DNA of 64,000 bases from Promethearchaeota archaeon (GTDB lineage Archaea > Asgardarchaeota > Lokiarchaeia > Sigyniarchaeales > SOKP01): the NCBI GenBank assembly GCA_019058445.1, contig JAHPZA010000003.1, forward strand, positions 186,710 through 250,709. Reading direction: 5' to 3'. Positions 1 to 10,403 of this stretch are shown here, piece by piece. The notes below the pieces were generated by a model. The model did not search any database, was not told the DNA's origin, and saw nothing but the letters and a program-made list of their open reading frames with translations. The position numbers and the translations under genes are program-made. Each line of letters starts with the position of its first letter. The first letter of the stretch is position 1.

Positions 1-2
1 TC

Positions 3-1025
3 TTTCTCTATAATTCAGAAGAGTTTACTAAGAAGTTTTTTATTAGCACTTTGTTTGACGAAAACCATGATTATATTCAGACCCTTTTCGATGTTCATAA
101 ATCAGATTATTCAAAAATTGACCCTTACTTAATAAAATATGAGGTAACTGGTTGTTATGGAAAATTAATTAAATCTCAAGACGAATATAATAGTGCCATA
201 TGTGTTTTCTACAAAAAAAATCCTATTATCTCACATCAAGACAAACTAGTCTTGTTTTTAATTTGCGACGCGATTGAAATTGAACAACGTCGCTGGAAAG
301 TTCAACAAGATTTAGAAGAACAGAGTAGTCTTAAGACTGAACTACTTTCAAGAACTTCACATGAATTAAAAACTCCCCTCATATCAATTAAAGGATTTAC
401 TGAACTTTTACTTACAGTGCATAAACCTAATTTAGATACCGATATGATTTCCATTTTGGAAGAAATAAAGGAGGGAAGTAGTCGATTAGAGAAATTAGTT
501 AACTCACTCTTAGAAAGTTCACGATTAGATCAAGGCCAGTTAAAACTAAATATCACCACCGAAGATTTAACTTTCCTAATAAAATTTTGCGTTAAAGAAT
601 TGCAAGCTTTAGCAGAACTGAGAAATCAAACAATAATACTTAATGTACAGGAATATTTAACTTGCAGCTTTGATAAAGAGAGAGTTTATGAAGTATTGAC
701 TAATCTCCTGCTTAATGCGATTAAATATACCCCTCCAGGAGGAGAAATAACCATTAAATCTGAAATCAGAGAAAAATTCTATATAATATCCGTCGAAGAT
801 ACGGGAATCGGGATTACTGATGATGAAAAGAGTCAGCTTTTCAAACAATTTGGAAAAATTGAGAGATATGGTAAAGGATGGGATGTAGATATAGAAGGTT
901 CTGGTCTTGGCTTGTATATCTCGAAAAATATTGTCAATTTACATGGCGGAAGCATTTGGGTTGAATCAGAAGGAAGGAATAAAGGTAGCAAATTTTATTT
1001 TTCTCTTCCAATTATATCTGAATAA
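3..1025 (+). CDS. Sensor histidine kinase, 5'-truncated by the window edge
   Basis: H-box SHELKTPL, N-box NLLLNAIKYT, G1 DTGIGI, G2 GSGLGL. The frame is open back to position 3, upstream of the ORF-track start at 51. Confidence 0.93.
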   Translation, partial: FLYNSEEFTKKFFISTLFDENHDYIQTLFDVHKSDYSKIDPYLIKYEVTGCYGKLIKSQDEYNSAICVFYKKNPIISHQDKLVLFLICDAIEIEQRRWKVQQDLEEQSSLKTELLSRTSHELKTPLISIKGFTELLLTVHKPNLDTDMISILEEIKEGSSRLEKLVNSLLESSRLDQGQLKLNITTEDLTFLIKFCVKELQALAELRNQTIILNVQEYLTCSFDKERVYEVLTNLLLNAIKYTPPGGEITIKSEIREKFYIISVEDTGIGITDDEKSQLFKQFGKIERYGKGWDVDIEGSGLGLYISKNIVNLHGGSIWVESEGRNKGSKFYFSLPIISE

Positions 1026-1070
1026 ATATTTTATCAAAGAATTAAAAGATAATCAAAGAAGATTTAAAAA

Positions 1071-2135
1071 TTATTGAATTTTATATTCTAAAATTAAATG
1101 TCGTCGATCCCTAATACCTTGCATTTTTTGTGCCATAGTCGCATTTGCAATATTTTCTGATCCTACAGGCCAAGAACCATATCGCATACCCTCTTTATAG
1201 ATTTTCTTTGCTCCTACACCGTACATTAGCATTGCAAGTCCAGCTCGTCGATGTTCTGGATGAACCACCCAATCATGGAAGCTAGCTGAATTTAAGCGAT
1301 TTCTTTTATCTCTAGAAAAAGGATTGGGGATAATATATCCACAAGCAACCATCTCTTTTGTAGGTTTATAAAAAACAGACCAAATGTGTGATTCTAAGCC
1401 GAATTTGTGTATAAATTCAATATGTACTTCTGGATGAATAGGATTCATAGGAGAAATTTGAGCAGATGGAGGCATATACTTCAAATGTAGATCAACCATT
1501 TGATTAAGCTGATCCCAGACCTCTGTTTTTGATGGATTAGTGTATTCGTAATCAGAATAGTCATAATAAGTACCATTTTTTTTTTTAATACTGTAAGGAT
1601 CAAATGGCAAAACCGGTACATTATATCGGTCTTCTTCAAATTTAACATAAAATCCATTATTAAGAAAAACTTTTTGATATATTGGGGGATTTACAGGACA
1701 GCAAATAAATAATGATTTATTACTTCCTTCGACCATAAAACCCCATCCAAATATAACTGCAGGGATATTTACTGGTCCCCTAATATAATCATAATCGTTT
1801 TCTACAGCGTATTTTATAAGACTATTCATCAGAAAAGCAATTTTCCCTTCATCATGATCGTATGTGCCGAAAAATCCGAAAAACAGAGTTTTATTTCCTC
1901 CATCATATATGATTGTAATTCCTACAACTTTATCAATAAAATCCGTTTTATCGATAAAAATGCTATTCTTAATATTTTCTTCTAAAAGGATTGCTTTAAC
2001 ATTAAAACCATTAAATGTCTTTATTATTATTTTTTTAAATTCTGGTAATATGGGAATGTTTATACCAATTTGCAGGAATTTTATAATTTCATTTGGATTA
2101 GTCAATATCTTCATAGTAAATTGTAATTTTGTCAT
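1071..2135 (-). CDS. Tandem-GNAT N-acyltransferase (YghO / bacterial ceramide synthase-like)
   Basis: Motifs FFGFFG...IRGPVN...GFMVEG...PVNPPIY, plus C-terminal GNAT motif A VHPEHRRAGLA. Confidence 0.65.
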   Translation of the reverse strand: MTKLQFTMKILTNPNEIIKFLQIGINIPILPEFKKIIIKTFNGFNVKAILLEENIKNSIFIDKTDFIDKVVGITIIYDGGNKTLFFGFFGTYDHDEGKIAFLMNSLIKYAVENDYDYIRGPVNIPAVIFGWGFMVEGSNKSLFICCPVNPPIYQKVFLNNGFYVKFEEDRYNVPVLPFDPYSIKKKNGTYYDYSDYEYTNPSKTEVWDQLNQMVDLHLKYMPPSAQISPMNPIHPEVHIEFIHKFGLESHIWSVFYKPTKEMVACGYIIPNPFSRDKRNRLNSASFHDWVVHPEHRRAGLAMLMYGVGAKKIYKEGMRYGSWPVGSENIANATMAQKMQGIRDRRHLILEYKIQ

Positions 2136-2179
2136 AATTTTTCACGCCTCACAAAATAGAAAACTGTTAGTTAGTTGAA

Positions 2180-2887
2180 TTATATATTTTGTCCAATTCC
2201 ATAATAAATTAAAAGTCCAGAAGGAATTACTAAGTTAAATACTATTAAAGCCCATACTGCTCTAAATAGAGGATCATGCCATGTATTATATAATATTAAT
2301 CCATAAAAGGCAAATAACATCCCAAAAATTCCACAGAAAAAATACTTTAGTTTCTTTTTTAGCTTAGAATCGATAAATGTCTTATACAATTTAATTGACA
2401 AAAATATGGATGGAAATGTAATAAATACTGTAAAAAAGACATAAATTATTAGGAAAAAATGCCAACTAAATAGTGGTGCCCAGTTTGTCTTTTCAGATAT
2501 GATAATCCCTCCCGGATAGCTAAATATTATTAAAATAATAATCGCATAAACAACTATAATTAACACATCTTTTCTATTGGAAACACTTGATTCTAAATAA
2601 ACCAGGTTTTTAATGAAAACTATAAGAAATATAAATCCAAATAATATTAAATAAGCAGCAATAAAATACAACACATAACCTAAAATAGTAGTACTATAAA
2701 GTAAAAATATTAGATTTAATAAAAAACCCGTTGCTGGTAAAATATAGAACATACTTAAAGTTAAAGTAGTCTTATTATAGCTTCTTTTGAGAATTCTTAA
2801 CGCTAAATAGTATAATAGAAGCACTAAGAAAGTATGTATAATAAGAATTAAAAAAATTCTTGACCAAATTGTATTTTGCAGTATCAA
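2180..2887 (-). CDS. Stand-alone 7-TM membrane protein (HisKA_7TM-like sensor domain)
   Basis: Seven hydrophobic segments, with a loop (PGGIIISEKTNWAP) between TM4 and TM5 and no cytoplasmic output domain. Confidence 0.6.
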   Translation of the reverse strand: MILQNTIWSRIFLILIIHTFLVLLLYYLALRILKRSYNKTTLTLSMFYILPATGFLLNLIFLLYSTTILGYVLYFIAAYLILFGFIFLIVFIKNLVYLESSVSNRKDVLIIVVYAIIILIIFSYPGGIIISEKTNWAPLFSWHFFLIIYVFFTVFITFPSIFLSIKLYKTFIDSKLKKKLKYFFCGIFGMLFAFYGLILYNTWHDPLFRAVWALIVFNLVIPSGLLIYYGIGQNI

Positions 2888-2990
2888 GATAATTCACAAT
2901 ATTTTTTTATAATAATATTAGACTTTTCAAAATATAAATAATCGCTCTTATTCCATAATTATTATAAAATTTGTATAATCAAATATAAAT

Positions 2991-3851
2991 CTATAATGGT
3001 TTCATTTTCAAATAATCATATCCAATGATTTGGGGTGCAAGAATCATTTTCTTTATTTCTAGTATTCCTGATACAATTATCTCAAAACTTAAGTAAGCGG
3101 CAGTCATATGGACGACTGGGGCAAGAGATACTAATGCAATTTTTCCTTCAATCATTCCATCAACAGCTCCTTTTTCCCTATCATAGGTTTTTCTTATATT
3201 AGGAAATTTTAATAAATAATTTAATTGAGCTATTTTGATTTCTTGTAATATACTTTTTGATTTTTGAATATCTTCAATTTTCATATTATGAGTATTTAAA
3301 CCATAACAGTTTTCATAATCGATACTTTTTGATGTAAACCACCACGCGAACAAGTAGGGGATGCCCCATGACTCGATCATAGGTATAGACCTTTTCCGAC
3401 ACTCTCTTGAGATTAAAATAGATATAATTGGATCATCTAAAGTTAAAGCTACAATATGCGTATTTTTTAAAACTTCTATCAGATTGTCTTCAATAATTTC
3501 ATAATATTTATTAATATTCAAATCAGGATTGATTTTATACAAAAAATTTTCAATTACATCTACTTTATACTCACCAATATCTTCTCTTGTGCACAGTTGT
3601 CTATTTAAATTTGATTCTGAAAATATATCATTATCACATATTACAAGATTTTCACATCCTGATCTAACTAGATTTTCAATAAGAGGTCCTCCAAGACCAC
3701 CTAAACCAAACACACCCACTCTTGTTTTTTTAAGTTTTTCTTGCTCTGTAAACTTAATAATACCAATATTTCTTTTTATATGATTCCAGTATTGGGTTGA
3801 CCAATTTTTAGGAACTTTAGATTCAAACAAGTTCACATTACCAGTTTTCAT
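2991..3851 (-). CDS. ThiF/MoeB (E1-like) adenylyltransferase
   Basis: GLGGLG P-loop, CDNDIFSESNLNRQ, DIGEYKV. No Zn-binding CxxC pairs. Confidence 0.88.
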   Translation of the reverse strand: MKTGNVNLFESKVPKNWSTQYWNHIKRNIGIIKFTEQEKLKKTRVGVFGLGGLGGPLIENLVRSGCENLVICDNDIFSESNLNRQLCTREDIGEYKVDVIENFLYKINPDLNINKYYEIIEDNLIEVLKNTHIVALTLDDPIISILISRECRKRSIPMIESWGIPYLFAWWFTSKSIDYENCYGLNTHNMKIEDIQKSKSILQEIKIAQLNYLLKFPNIRKTYDREKGAVDGMIEGKIALVSLAPVVHMTAAYLSFEIIVSGILEIKKMILAPQIIGYDYLKMKPL

Positions 3852-4010
3852 TAGAAAGTTTTATAATTTTTTAGATTGTTAATTATGACATGAGAGGGGT
3901 TATCATTTTAAAATAATACAAAGCTTAGTAATTTTAATTAATCCAAATTATAGTAAAATTGATATTTTTTTTTTCCACATCTTATCATTTAGGATAATTG
4001 TTATCGAATA

Positions 4011-5237
4011 TTAAGGAAACAACTCTTCTTTATAAAAATTTAAGGATTGAAGCATTTTCTCACTCTCAGGTATTAATTTTATATTTTTAACAGCATTACC
4101 AGTAAAATAATTAAATACTATTTTATCCTCAAATACATTTAAATTTTTTTTATAATTCCAACAAGGCACGTACCCTCTAGGTCGAAATCCTTCTTGATAG
4201 AAGATTTTTTGATGAACAGGATTATAAGCAGAAACAAAACATTGAAAATAGTTAACATCCATCTTCTTTATTAGGTCCTTCACTTTTTTTAGAAAAATAT
4301 TTAATTCCTCTGGTTGATTAACTTTGTATTTAGTTTTTTCAAAATGCTTACTATATGGATTATATGAAAATTTAAAATAAGAATCAGAATTTTTAATAGA
4401 TATAATTATATTTTCGTATCCAAAATCTTTATTCTCAAACACAACATCAATTTTTTTTTCGAGTTCAATTAATTTTGACTTGTTAAGGTTAATTGTAGGA
4501 TTTTCAATATGAGGAACTCCCAAATTATATCTTTGATTAGAATAGGTATAGCAGTTTAAAACTTGACGAATGAGCCGAGGGTTTGCTTCACATCGATAAT
4601 TAGTAAAAACCTCTTCATTATAAGAAGTAATCATAAAATCTGATTCTATCCTATTAAAAAATATATCTTTATTCGGAAAAAAAGCAATTGGTTTTAAACC
4701 ACATAACGAAGTCGCAAATTGTGCAGTAGCATCATTTGTACGGACTTCTCCTGACCATACTAAAATTTTGTCTTTATAATAAGTCCAGAAGTAAATAAGT
4801 GAAGCAACAAATGCTTTTAATGAATCAACATTATTCTGATAAGATTTTTTTATTAAAAATCCATAGAGAATTCCTTTTTTGTTTTTAAAATCTAGATCTG
4901 CTCCAAAACAACCAACAGTCATTTTTAGATTCGCTTTATATATGACCCAAGCGTGATTTTCATCCTTTATCATTCTGCGAACTTCTTCTTCATCTTCCAT
5001 TTTCTTATATGGATATGTTCCATGGTATACATCCCTGAAAAGTGAAGCGATTACCTCTGCATCTTCTGGCTCTGCAATTTGGAGGGTTGTTCTAATCTTT
5101 TTAGAATCACGTCTTTTTTTTAATTGAAAATCAAGTTTAAATAAATGTTGGATGTCAGAGTTTATACTATCTTCATACTGTTCTAAAAAAGCATTAATTG
5201 TAATGACTGATTTCCTGTTTATTTTTAAACTTTGCAT
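4011..5237 (-). CDS. GNAT-fold protein, probably tandem GNAT
   Basis: LQIAEPEDAEVIASLFRDVYHGTYPY start typical of GNAT; C-terminal FYQEGFRPRGYVP. Confidence 0.55.
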   Translation of the reverse strand: MQSLKINRKSVITINAFLEQYEDSINSDIQHLFKLDFQLKKRRDSKKIRTTLQIAEPEDAEVIASLFRDVYHGTYPYKKMEDEEEVRRMIKDENHAWVIYKANLKMTVGCFGADLDFKNKKGILYGFLIKKSYQNNVDSLKAFVASLIYFWTYYKDKILVWSGEVRTNDATAQFATSLCGLKPIAFFPNKDIFFNRIESDFMITSYNEEVFTNYRCEANPRLIRQVLNCYTYSNQRYNLGVPHIENPTINLNKSKLIELEKKIDVVFENKDFGYENIIISIKNSDSYFKFSYNPYSKHFEKTKYKVNQPEELNIFLKKVKDLIKKMDVNYFQCFVSAYNPVHQKIFYQEGFRPRGYVPCWNYKKNLNVFEDKIVFNYFTGNAVKNIKLIPESEKMLQSLNFYKEELFP

Positions 5238-5662
5238 GAAGAGTCGCCTTATTATTTTATTATTTCAATAGCAATTCTTACTGAATAATGTTTATTTAAA
5301 CTCCTATATAAATATATTACTTTTTACACACAAAATATATTGATTTGGATTAGGATATTGACCTATTTGAATATTTTTTTATGATTCAAGTTTCATGATC
5401 TTTTTGAAATGAGAATCTAAAAAGCTTAAGCTAAAAGATTTAATAAAATGATTAAAATTATTAAATTTTTTAATATAAAAAATGCATATTTTTAGAGAAC
5501 CTTATTGATTTATATCAAGTGCTAACAATGTTCTAAGAGTATGGATTGATCATCTCATTATTAAATTGAATAAAATTTTAAAATGTGGTAAAAAAAAATA
5601 TAAGTATATAAATAAATTCAAATAAGTATTAATTAAGGATTTATAACGGAATTGAGAATATA

Positions 5663-6055
5663 ATGCAAATAAATAAGCTAGAATACGAGAGAAGAGTGGA
5701 TGCTGCTACTAAGTACTTAGCCAATGGTAAAAACTTCAAGGCAATAAAATTTCTCAATAAATTGTTAGATAAAGAACCCTCAAATGATGAGGCCTGGCTG
5801 TTATTAGGAATCGCAAAGCGACGAATTGAAGAATTGGATGATGCTATTAAATGTCTAAAAACGGCAACCATAATCAATAGTTCAAAAATAGAAGCATGGG
5901 GATTACTAACCATGTGTCTTATAGATAAGGGAGCCCTTAATGAGGCGGAGTCTGTTATTGAAAAGGCAGGCCGTCTAAATCCATACAATCCTAAAATCCA
6001 ATTCTTTCGGGAAAATTTAGTAAGAGTTTATTCTAAGTTTGGTCCGTTTTTCTAA
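5663..6055 (+). CDS. TPR repeat protein
   Basis: 34-aa helical repeats (AWLLLG, AWGLL, AIKCLKTA). Confidence 0.85.
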   Translation: MQINKLEYERRVDAATKYLANGKNFKAIKFLNKLLDKEPSNDEAWLLLGIAKRRIEELDDAIKCLKTATIINSSKIEAWGLLTMCLIDKGALNEAESVIEKAGRLNPYNPKIQFFRENLVRVYSKFGPFF

Positions 6056-6138
6056 TTTATTTTTAAATCTTATTTAGCAGATTGAATATAAGATTGATAG
6101 GTTACAGCTTAGAACTTATGGTAATATAGATATAAGAT

Positions 6139-6411
6139 TTACTTGAAAAATTCAGGATATCTCCTCTCGATATTATTCAAAGCAGAGACTAAAGGAAAAA
6201 GCAGTTTTTCGTCGCGATATTCATTTATAGTTTCAGATAATCTGTCTAAAATTTGATTTGCAAGCTTTATATCATCTTTTGTATAATGATGGGTCTTATT
6301 TTTAAAAATTAAATCAAGTTCTTCTTCGAACCATCTCAATTTTTGCTTAAATTCTATCCTAACTTCAGTATCATCTATATTTAGATTCATATGTCTCCTC
6401 TGAAACCTCAC
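6139..6411 (-). CDS. Small helical hypothetical protein (start may be ATG at 6390)
   Basis: Amphipathic-helix composition; TATA-like TTTAAATA upstream on the minus strand. Confidence 0.6.
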   Translation of the reverse strand: MRFQRRHMNLNIDDTEVRIEFKQKLRWFEEELDLIFKNKTHHYTKDDIKLANQILDRLSETINEYRDEKLLFPLVSALNNIERRYPEFFK

Positions 6412-6691
6412 ACGACGAAAAGATTGTTAAGAATCTTTTGCGTACTATCATCAATAATAGGGTACGACTATTTAAACCTATAGAAACCGATAGTTTTTCT
6501 AAAAAGTAATGTGAAAAAAAGGAAATTTATCTGCATTTTTTTTTGAAGAAAAACAATAAAAAATTGAAGAAATGGACTCCTAATATTTTATTACATGAAA
6601 TCAATTTTCTCTTAATAGGACAATTATATAGTTTAAAGATTTATAAGTTGAAATTGTGTGTTGTTGAATTGGGATAAAATTTCAATTTGAA

Positions 6692-6925
6692 TTGGTGGGA
6701 GCAATTACTGACGATTTAGACGAGAATTTCGAAGATATTGGAGTGGTTAAAAAATATTTTTCAAGAATCTTTACGGTTTTATCTAAGGAGGTTCGAGAAA
6801 AATTGCTGAATTTAAATCTATCAGAAAAGGTGAAAAAAATCGTAATTAAGGACTTAGCATTTCTCACAGAAGAGAAACAAAAGGAATATTTAAATGAATT
6901 AAAAAAGAAAAAAATGAATCATTAA
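6692..6925 (+). CDS. Small helical protein similar to the C-terminal domain of the 12084-15980 surface protein
   Basis: Ungapped 45-aa alignment with that protein's tail (see findings). Confidence 0.65.
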   Translation: MVGAITDDLDENFEDIGVVKKYFSRIFTVLSKEVREKLLNLNLSEKVKKIVIKDLAFLTEEKQKEYLNELKKKKMNH

Positions 6926-7266
6926 ATCAGAGGTAAAAGTGATTAAATAATCAGGCACGCTATAATTAAATTTTTCCATAATCGGTTCTAATTGTGTAAT
7001 GAGATATTGTTGCCTATGCTCATCTTAGATAATATCTCTCCAACTATATTCTTTTTCATTTTTCACTTTTGATTTATATAATATTTCCACCATTTTTAAT
7101 TCACATTTTAATTAGATTCAATCTTATTAAATAAAAATGTCAAATATTTATTTCATTATTAAGCTTTTTTGATTACAAAATAATTTTGAAAAAAGTAATT
7201 AATTTAAACCTTTTTTATCATTTATTGGAGTTTTAAATAAAAATAATAGCTTAGATTAAGAAAAGA

Positions 7267-7971
7267 ATGCCAGAAAAGCTTAACAGACAGACTCTTTTCG
7301 AATGGCTTGAATTAGGTAGTAAGTATTTTAAAGCGAAAAATTTTCAAAAAGCAATAGATGTTTATAAAAAGGTGGTAGAGCTTGATCCAGAAAATAGCGT
7401 AGCTTGGAGCAATATGGGTGTTGCATATGAAAATCTCAAGAATTATGAAAAAGAAGTCGTGTGCTGTTTAAAAGCAATTGAAGCCGATTCCCAAGACAGT
7501 TGGGCTTGGTATAATTTAGGTGTAGGTTATGGTAAACTTGGGAAATATCTAAAAGCTATTGAATCCTATGAAAGAGCAGTAAATATTGATCCCCGTGATA
7601 TAGCATCCTTTTTTAATATGGGATTAATGTACACCAAAATTGGTAATTATATGAAAGCAATCGAATCTTGGGAAAGAATACTGGAGATTAATCCAAGAGA
7701 TACTAAAATCTTATTCAATATAGCTCTCGCTTACACTAAACTGGCTAAAGATAAAAAAGCAATTGAAGTTTATGAAAAAATTATTGACATTGACCCAGAA
7801 AATGTTAATTCAAGAATTAGAATTGGAATTTCTTATTTAAATTTAGAAAATATAAAACGTGCTATTGAAAATTTTAAGCTTGTCATAAAAATTGATCCGA
7901 AAAATCAAGTAGCTTTAGACTATTTAAAAAGAATTAAACAAGATTATAAATCAGGCAGTTTAGATATTTAA
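7267..7971 (+). CDS. TPR repeat protein (about 6 TPRs)
   Basis: Repeats AWSNMGVAY, AWYNLGVGY, SFFNMGLMY, ILFNIALAY with DP/NP turns. Confidence 0.93.
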   Translation: MPEKLNRQTLFEWLELGSKYFKAKNFQKAIDVYKKVVELDPENSVAWSNMGVAYENLKNYEKEVVCCLKAIEADSQDSWAWYNLGVGYGKLGKYLKAIESYERAVNIDPRDIASFFNMGLMYTKIGNYMKAIESWERILEINPRDTKILFNIALAYTKLAKDKKAIEVYEKIIDIDPENVNSRIRIGISYLNLENIKRAIENFKLVIKIDPKNQVALDYLKRIKQDYKSGSLDI

Positions 7972-8195
7972 AAGTAATTATTTATTCTAATAGATTTATA
8001 TAATTGGATTTAAGAATTTAATTTAAAATCCTTTTATTATAAAAATATTGAATATCTCTAAATTTTGGAATAATAGAATAAAATTCTTAATATTTAAATA
8101 ATTATGCTACTATTTTCTCTTTTTCACATGAAAATTGGCAATTAAATTTAAATATATTATCTATTGTTATATATAAAAGGGTATGGGGTTTTTTT

Positions 8196-8729
8196 ATGGA
8201 AAGTGCGATTTTTAAGATATGTGTCTTTGGCGACGGAGGAGTCGGAAAAACAACATTGGTCAATAGATATCTTTCTGGTCTCTTTTCAGAAAGCACAAAA
8301 ATGACCATTGGTGTCGATCTTGCCACAAAACATTTTATTTGGGAAGGTATAGATATCACACTTCAATTATGGGATTTAGGAGGGGAGGAACGATTCAGGT
8401 TTTTTCTACCGGGTTACGCAAAAGGTTCTTTTGGTGGAATTTTCATATATGATATTACACGATGGAATAGTTTAATGAATTTAGATGAATGGTTAAACGT
8501 TTTCAAAAAAGGAGCTGAAACCGAAAGTTATGGTGTTCCAATCCTCATGGTTGGCTCAAAATTAGATCTCGAGCACAAAAGAAGTGTCAGTCCTGAAGAT
8601 GCTTTTAATAAAAGTCAAAACCACGAGATTTATGATGTTATTGAATGCTCATCAAAGACAGGTTATAACGTTGATGAAATATTCGCAAATATTACTGAAG
8701 AAATATTGTATTCTACAGGATTAATTTAA
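8196..8729 (+). CDS. Rab-like small GTPase (Ras superfamily)
   Basis: G1 GDGGVGKT, G2 TIGVD, G3 WDLGGE, G4 SKLD, G5 SSK. No C-terminal prenylation motif. Confidence 0.93.
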   Translation: MESAIFKICVFGDGGVGKTTLVNRYLSGLFSESTKMTIGVDLATKHFIWEGIDITLQLWDLGGEERFRFFLPGYAKGSFGGIFIYDITRWNSLMNLDEWLNVFKKGAETESYGVPILMVGSKLDLEHKRSVSPEDAFNKSQNHEIYDVIECSSKTGYNVDEIFANITEEILYSTGLI

Positions 8730-8740
8730 TTACTTCTTTT

Positions 8741-9250
8741 TTAAAATCTCTCATCAAAAGTCCAACCACAATTAGGGCAATGTTTTTTTGAGCTGTTCAA
8801 TTTTACATATTGTTTTAATAAATCTTCGAGATTCTCATTAATATTTGTAAACATAATATCTTCGATGGAGATTAGTTTTAATTTTCCTTTTTTATATAAT
8901 CTAATCTTTTCTTCTTTTCTCTTCATATAATCCTTTCCATAAAAGCCCCAATATTCAATATAAACCTCAAATTCAGGCAGATACCAATCAGATAGGATTG
9001 GTTTTCCATGAACTTTTATTTTTCTTTCATATTCATGAGTAATATTGTGAGCATAGAGAAAATTATCAATAATTAACTCTGCTTTTGATCTTACAATATG
9101 TCCATCGATACATTTGAAACTTGTGGCCGTTTCGGGAAGATATTTTCTGTCTAAGTATCTTCTGAGCTTTTTAATAATATATGAAAGTATTATAAAAATT
9201 GTTATGAAAAACACTCCACCCACTAAAATATAGATTAGAGTTCCATTCAT
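8741..9250 (-). CDS. Membrane-anchored PD-(D/E)xK-like protein with C-terminal CPNC
   Basis: N-terminal TM helix; GHIVRSKAELIIDNFL...DWYLP...YIEYWG motif. Confidence 0.6.
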   Translation of the reverse strand: MNGTLIYILVGGVFFITIFIILSYIIKKLRRYLDRKYLPETATSFKCIDGHIVRSKAELIIDNFLYAHNITHEYERKIKVHGKPILSDWYLPEFEVYIEYWGFYGKDYMKRKEEKIRLYKKGKLKLISIEDIMFTNINENLEDLLKQYVKLNSSKKHCPNCGWTFDERF

Positions 9251-9467
9251 AATTACTTTAAAATCGCCTTTTATAATAAAGAATAAACATCCATTCTATT
9301 ATGAAATTAATAAAAGTTGGATTATAAAATATTAAGGGGGCATTGAATTAAAGTGAATTAGTAATCCATAATTTAGGAAAATAATTTACTTTTTGAAGAA
9401 AAAAAGGTGAATTTAAAGCGACATTTTTAATTATTAGACTTAAAACAGTTTCAATTAATCACGTTCA

Positions 9468-10403
9468 TTACTTCAATAAATTCCGTTTTATATCTTTAAT
9501 CCTCGACCTAAGTGTGACTTCCGTTATTTTAGCAATTTCGGATATTTCAGCTTGGGTTTTTCGTTCACCCATTCTTTTAGCAGTTATATATATCACAGAA
9601 GCCGCGAATCCCCGAGGATCTTTACCTGTACGCATTAGTCCATTTTTAGTTGCTTCTTGAAGCATATTCATTGCTTTCTTTTGAGATTCCATTGATAGTC
9701 CGAGATCAACTCCAAATCGAAAGATTAACTGCTCTGCCGTTATTGGCCGATATTTTAAACCCAATTCAGGAAGTACTTCTTTAACAATCAATCCCAGTGA
9801 ATGATGCACAACACGCCTTGGACTCATCGAAGCATTACAAACCTCATCAAGCAATCGAGGAGATTCATGTATTCGTATAGCCGCATATAATGATGCCGTA
9901 ATAAAACCCTCTATGGATCGGCCCATAGTAAGTTTTTTCTGAGCAGCATAAGAGTATATTTTCCAGGCAGTCTCCTCGATATAACTTGGGATATTCATTT
10001 TCGAAGCAAGCAGCTTTAATTTCGGCTTAGCTTCCCAAAAGTTCCTTTCTATGCTTGAAACTAACGAATTTTGAATTTTTGATAATCGTGAAAAGAGATG
10101 TTTTCCTTTAGAATCGATTAAATTCCCCTTAGAATCTGTTTTGGTGTTTGGAAGTATAGTTCTAGGACCAAAATCTCTCCATCTGATTTCCGTTCTTTTT
10201 CTCTGATCGATTTCCTCAGCAGTATATGCTCGTAATTCAGCTTCAATGATGTCATTTCCTAAAACTAATCCACAATTTGTACATACAATTTCTCCCTCAT
10301 TTGATGTTATATTTGGAGAATCACAACATTGTTCATTATCTTGATTTTCATATATCTCATTATTATCGATTCTAATCCGATTCTTATATTTTTTATTCAT
10401 CAT
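9468..10403 (-). CDS. tfb: Transcription initiation factor IIB (TFB)
   Basis: Zn ribbon GEIVCTNCGLV, two cyclin repeats, GKDPRGFAA and TQAEIS...ITEVTLRSR motifs. Confidence 0.93.
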   Translation of the reverse strand: MMNKKYKNRIRIDNNEIYENQDNEQCCDSPNITSNEGEIVCTNCGLVLGNDIIEAELRAYTAEEIDQRKRTEIRWRDFGPRTILPNTKTDSKGNLIDSKGKHLFSRLSKIQNSLVSSIERNFWEAKPKLKLLASKMNIPSYIEETAWKIYSYAAQKKLTMGRSIEGFITASLYAAIRIHESPRLLDEVCNASMSPRRVVHHSLGLIVKEVLPELGLKYRPITAEQLIFRFGVDLGLSMESQKKAMNMLQEATKNGLMRTGKDPRGFAASVIYITAKRMGERKTQAEISEIAKITEVTLRSRIKDIKRNLLK

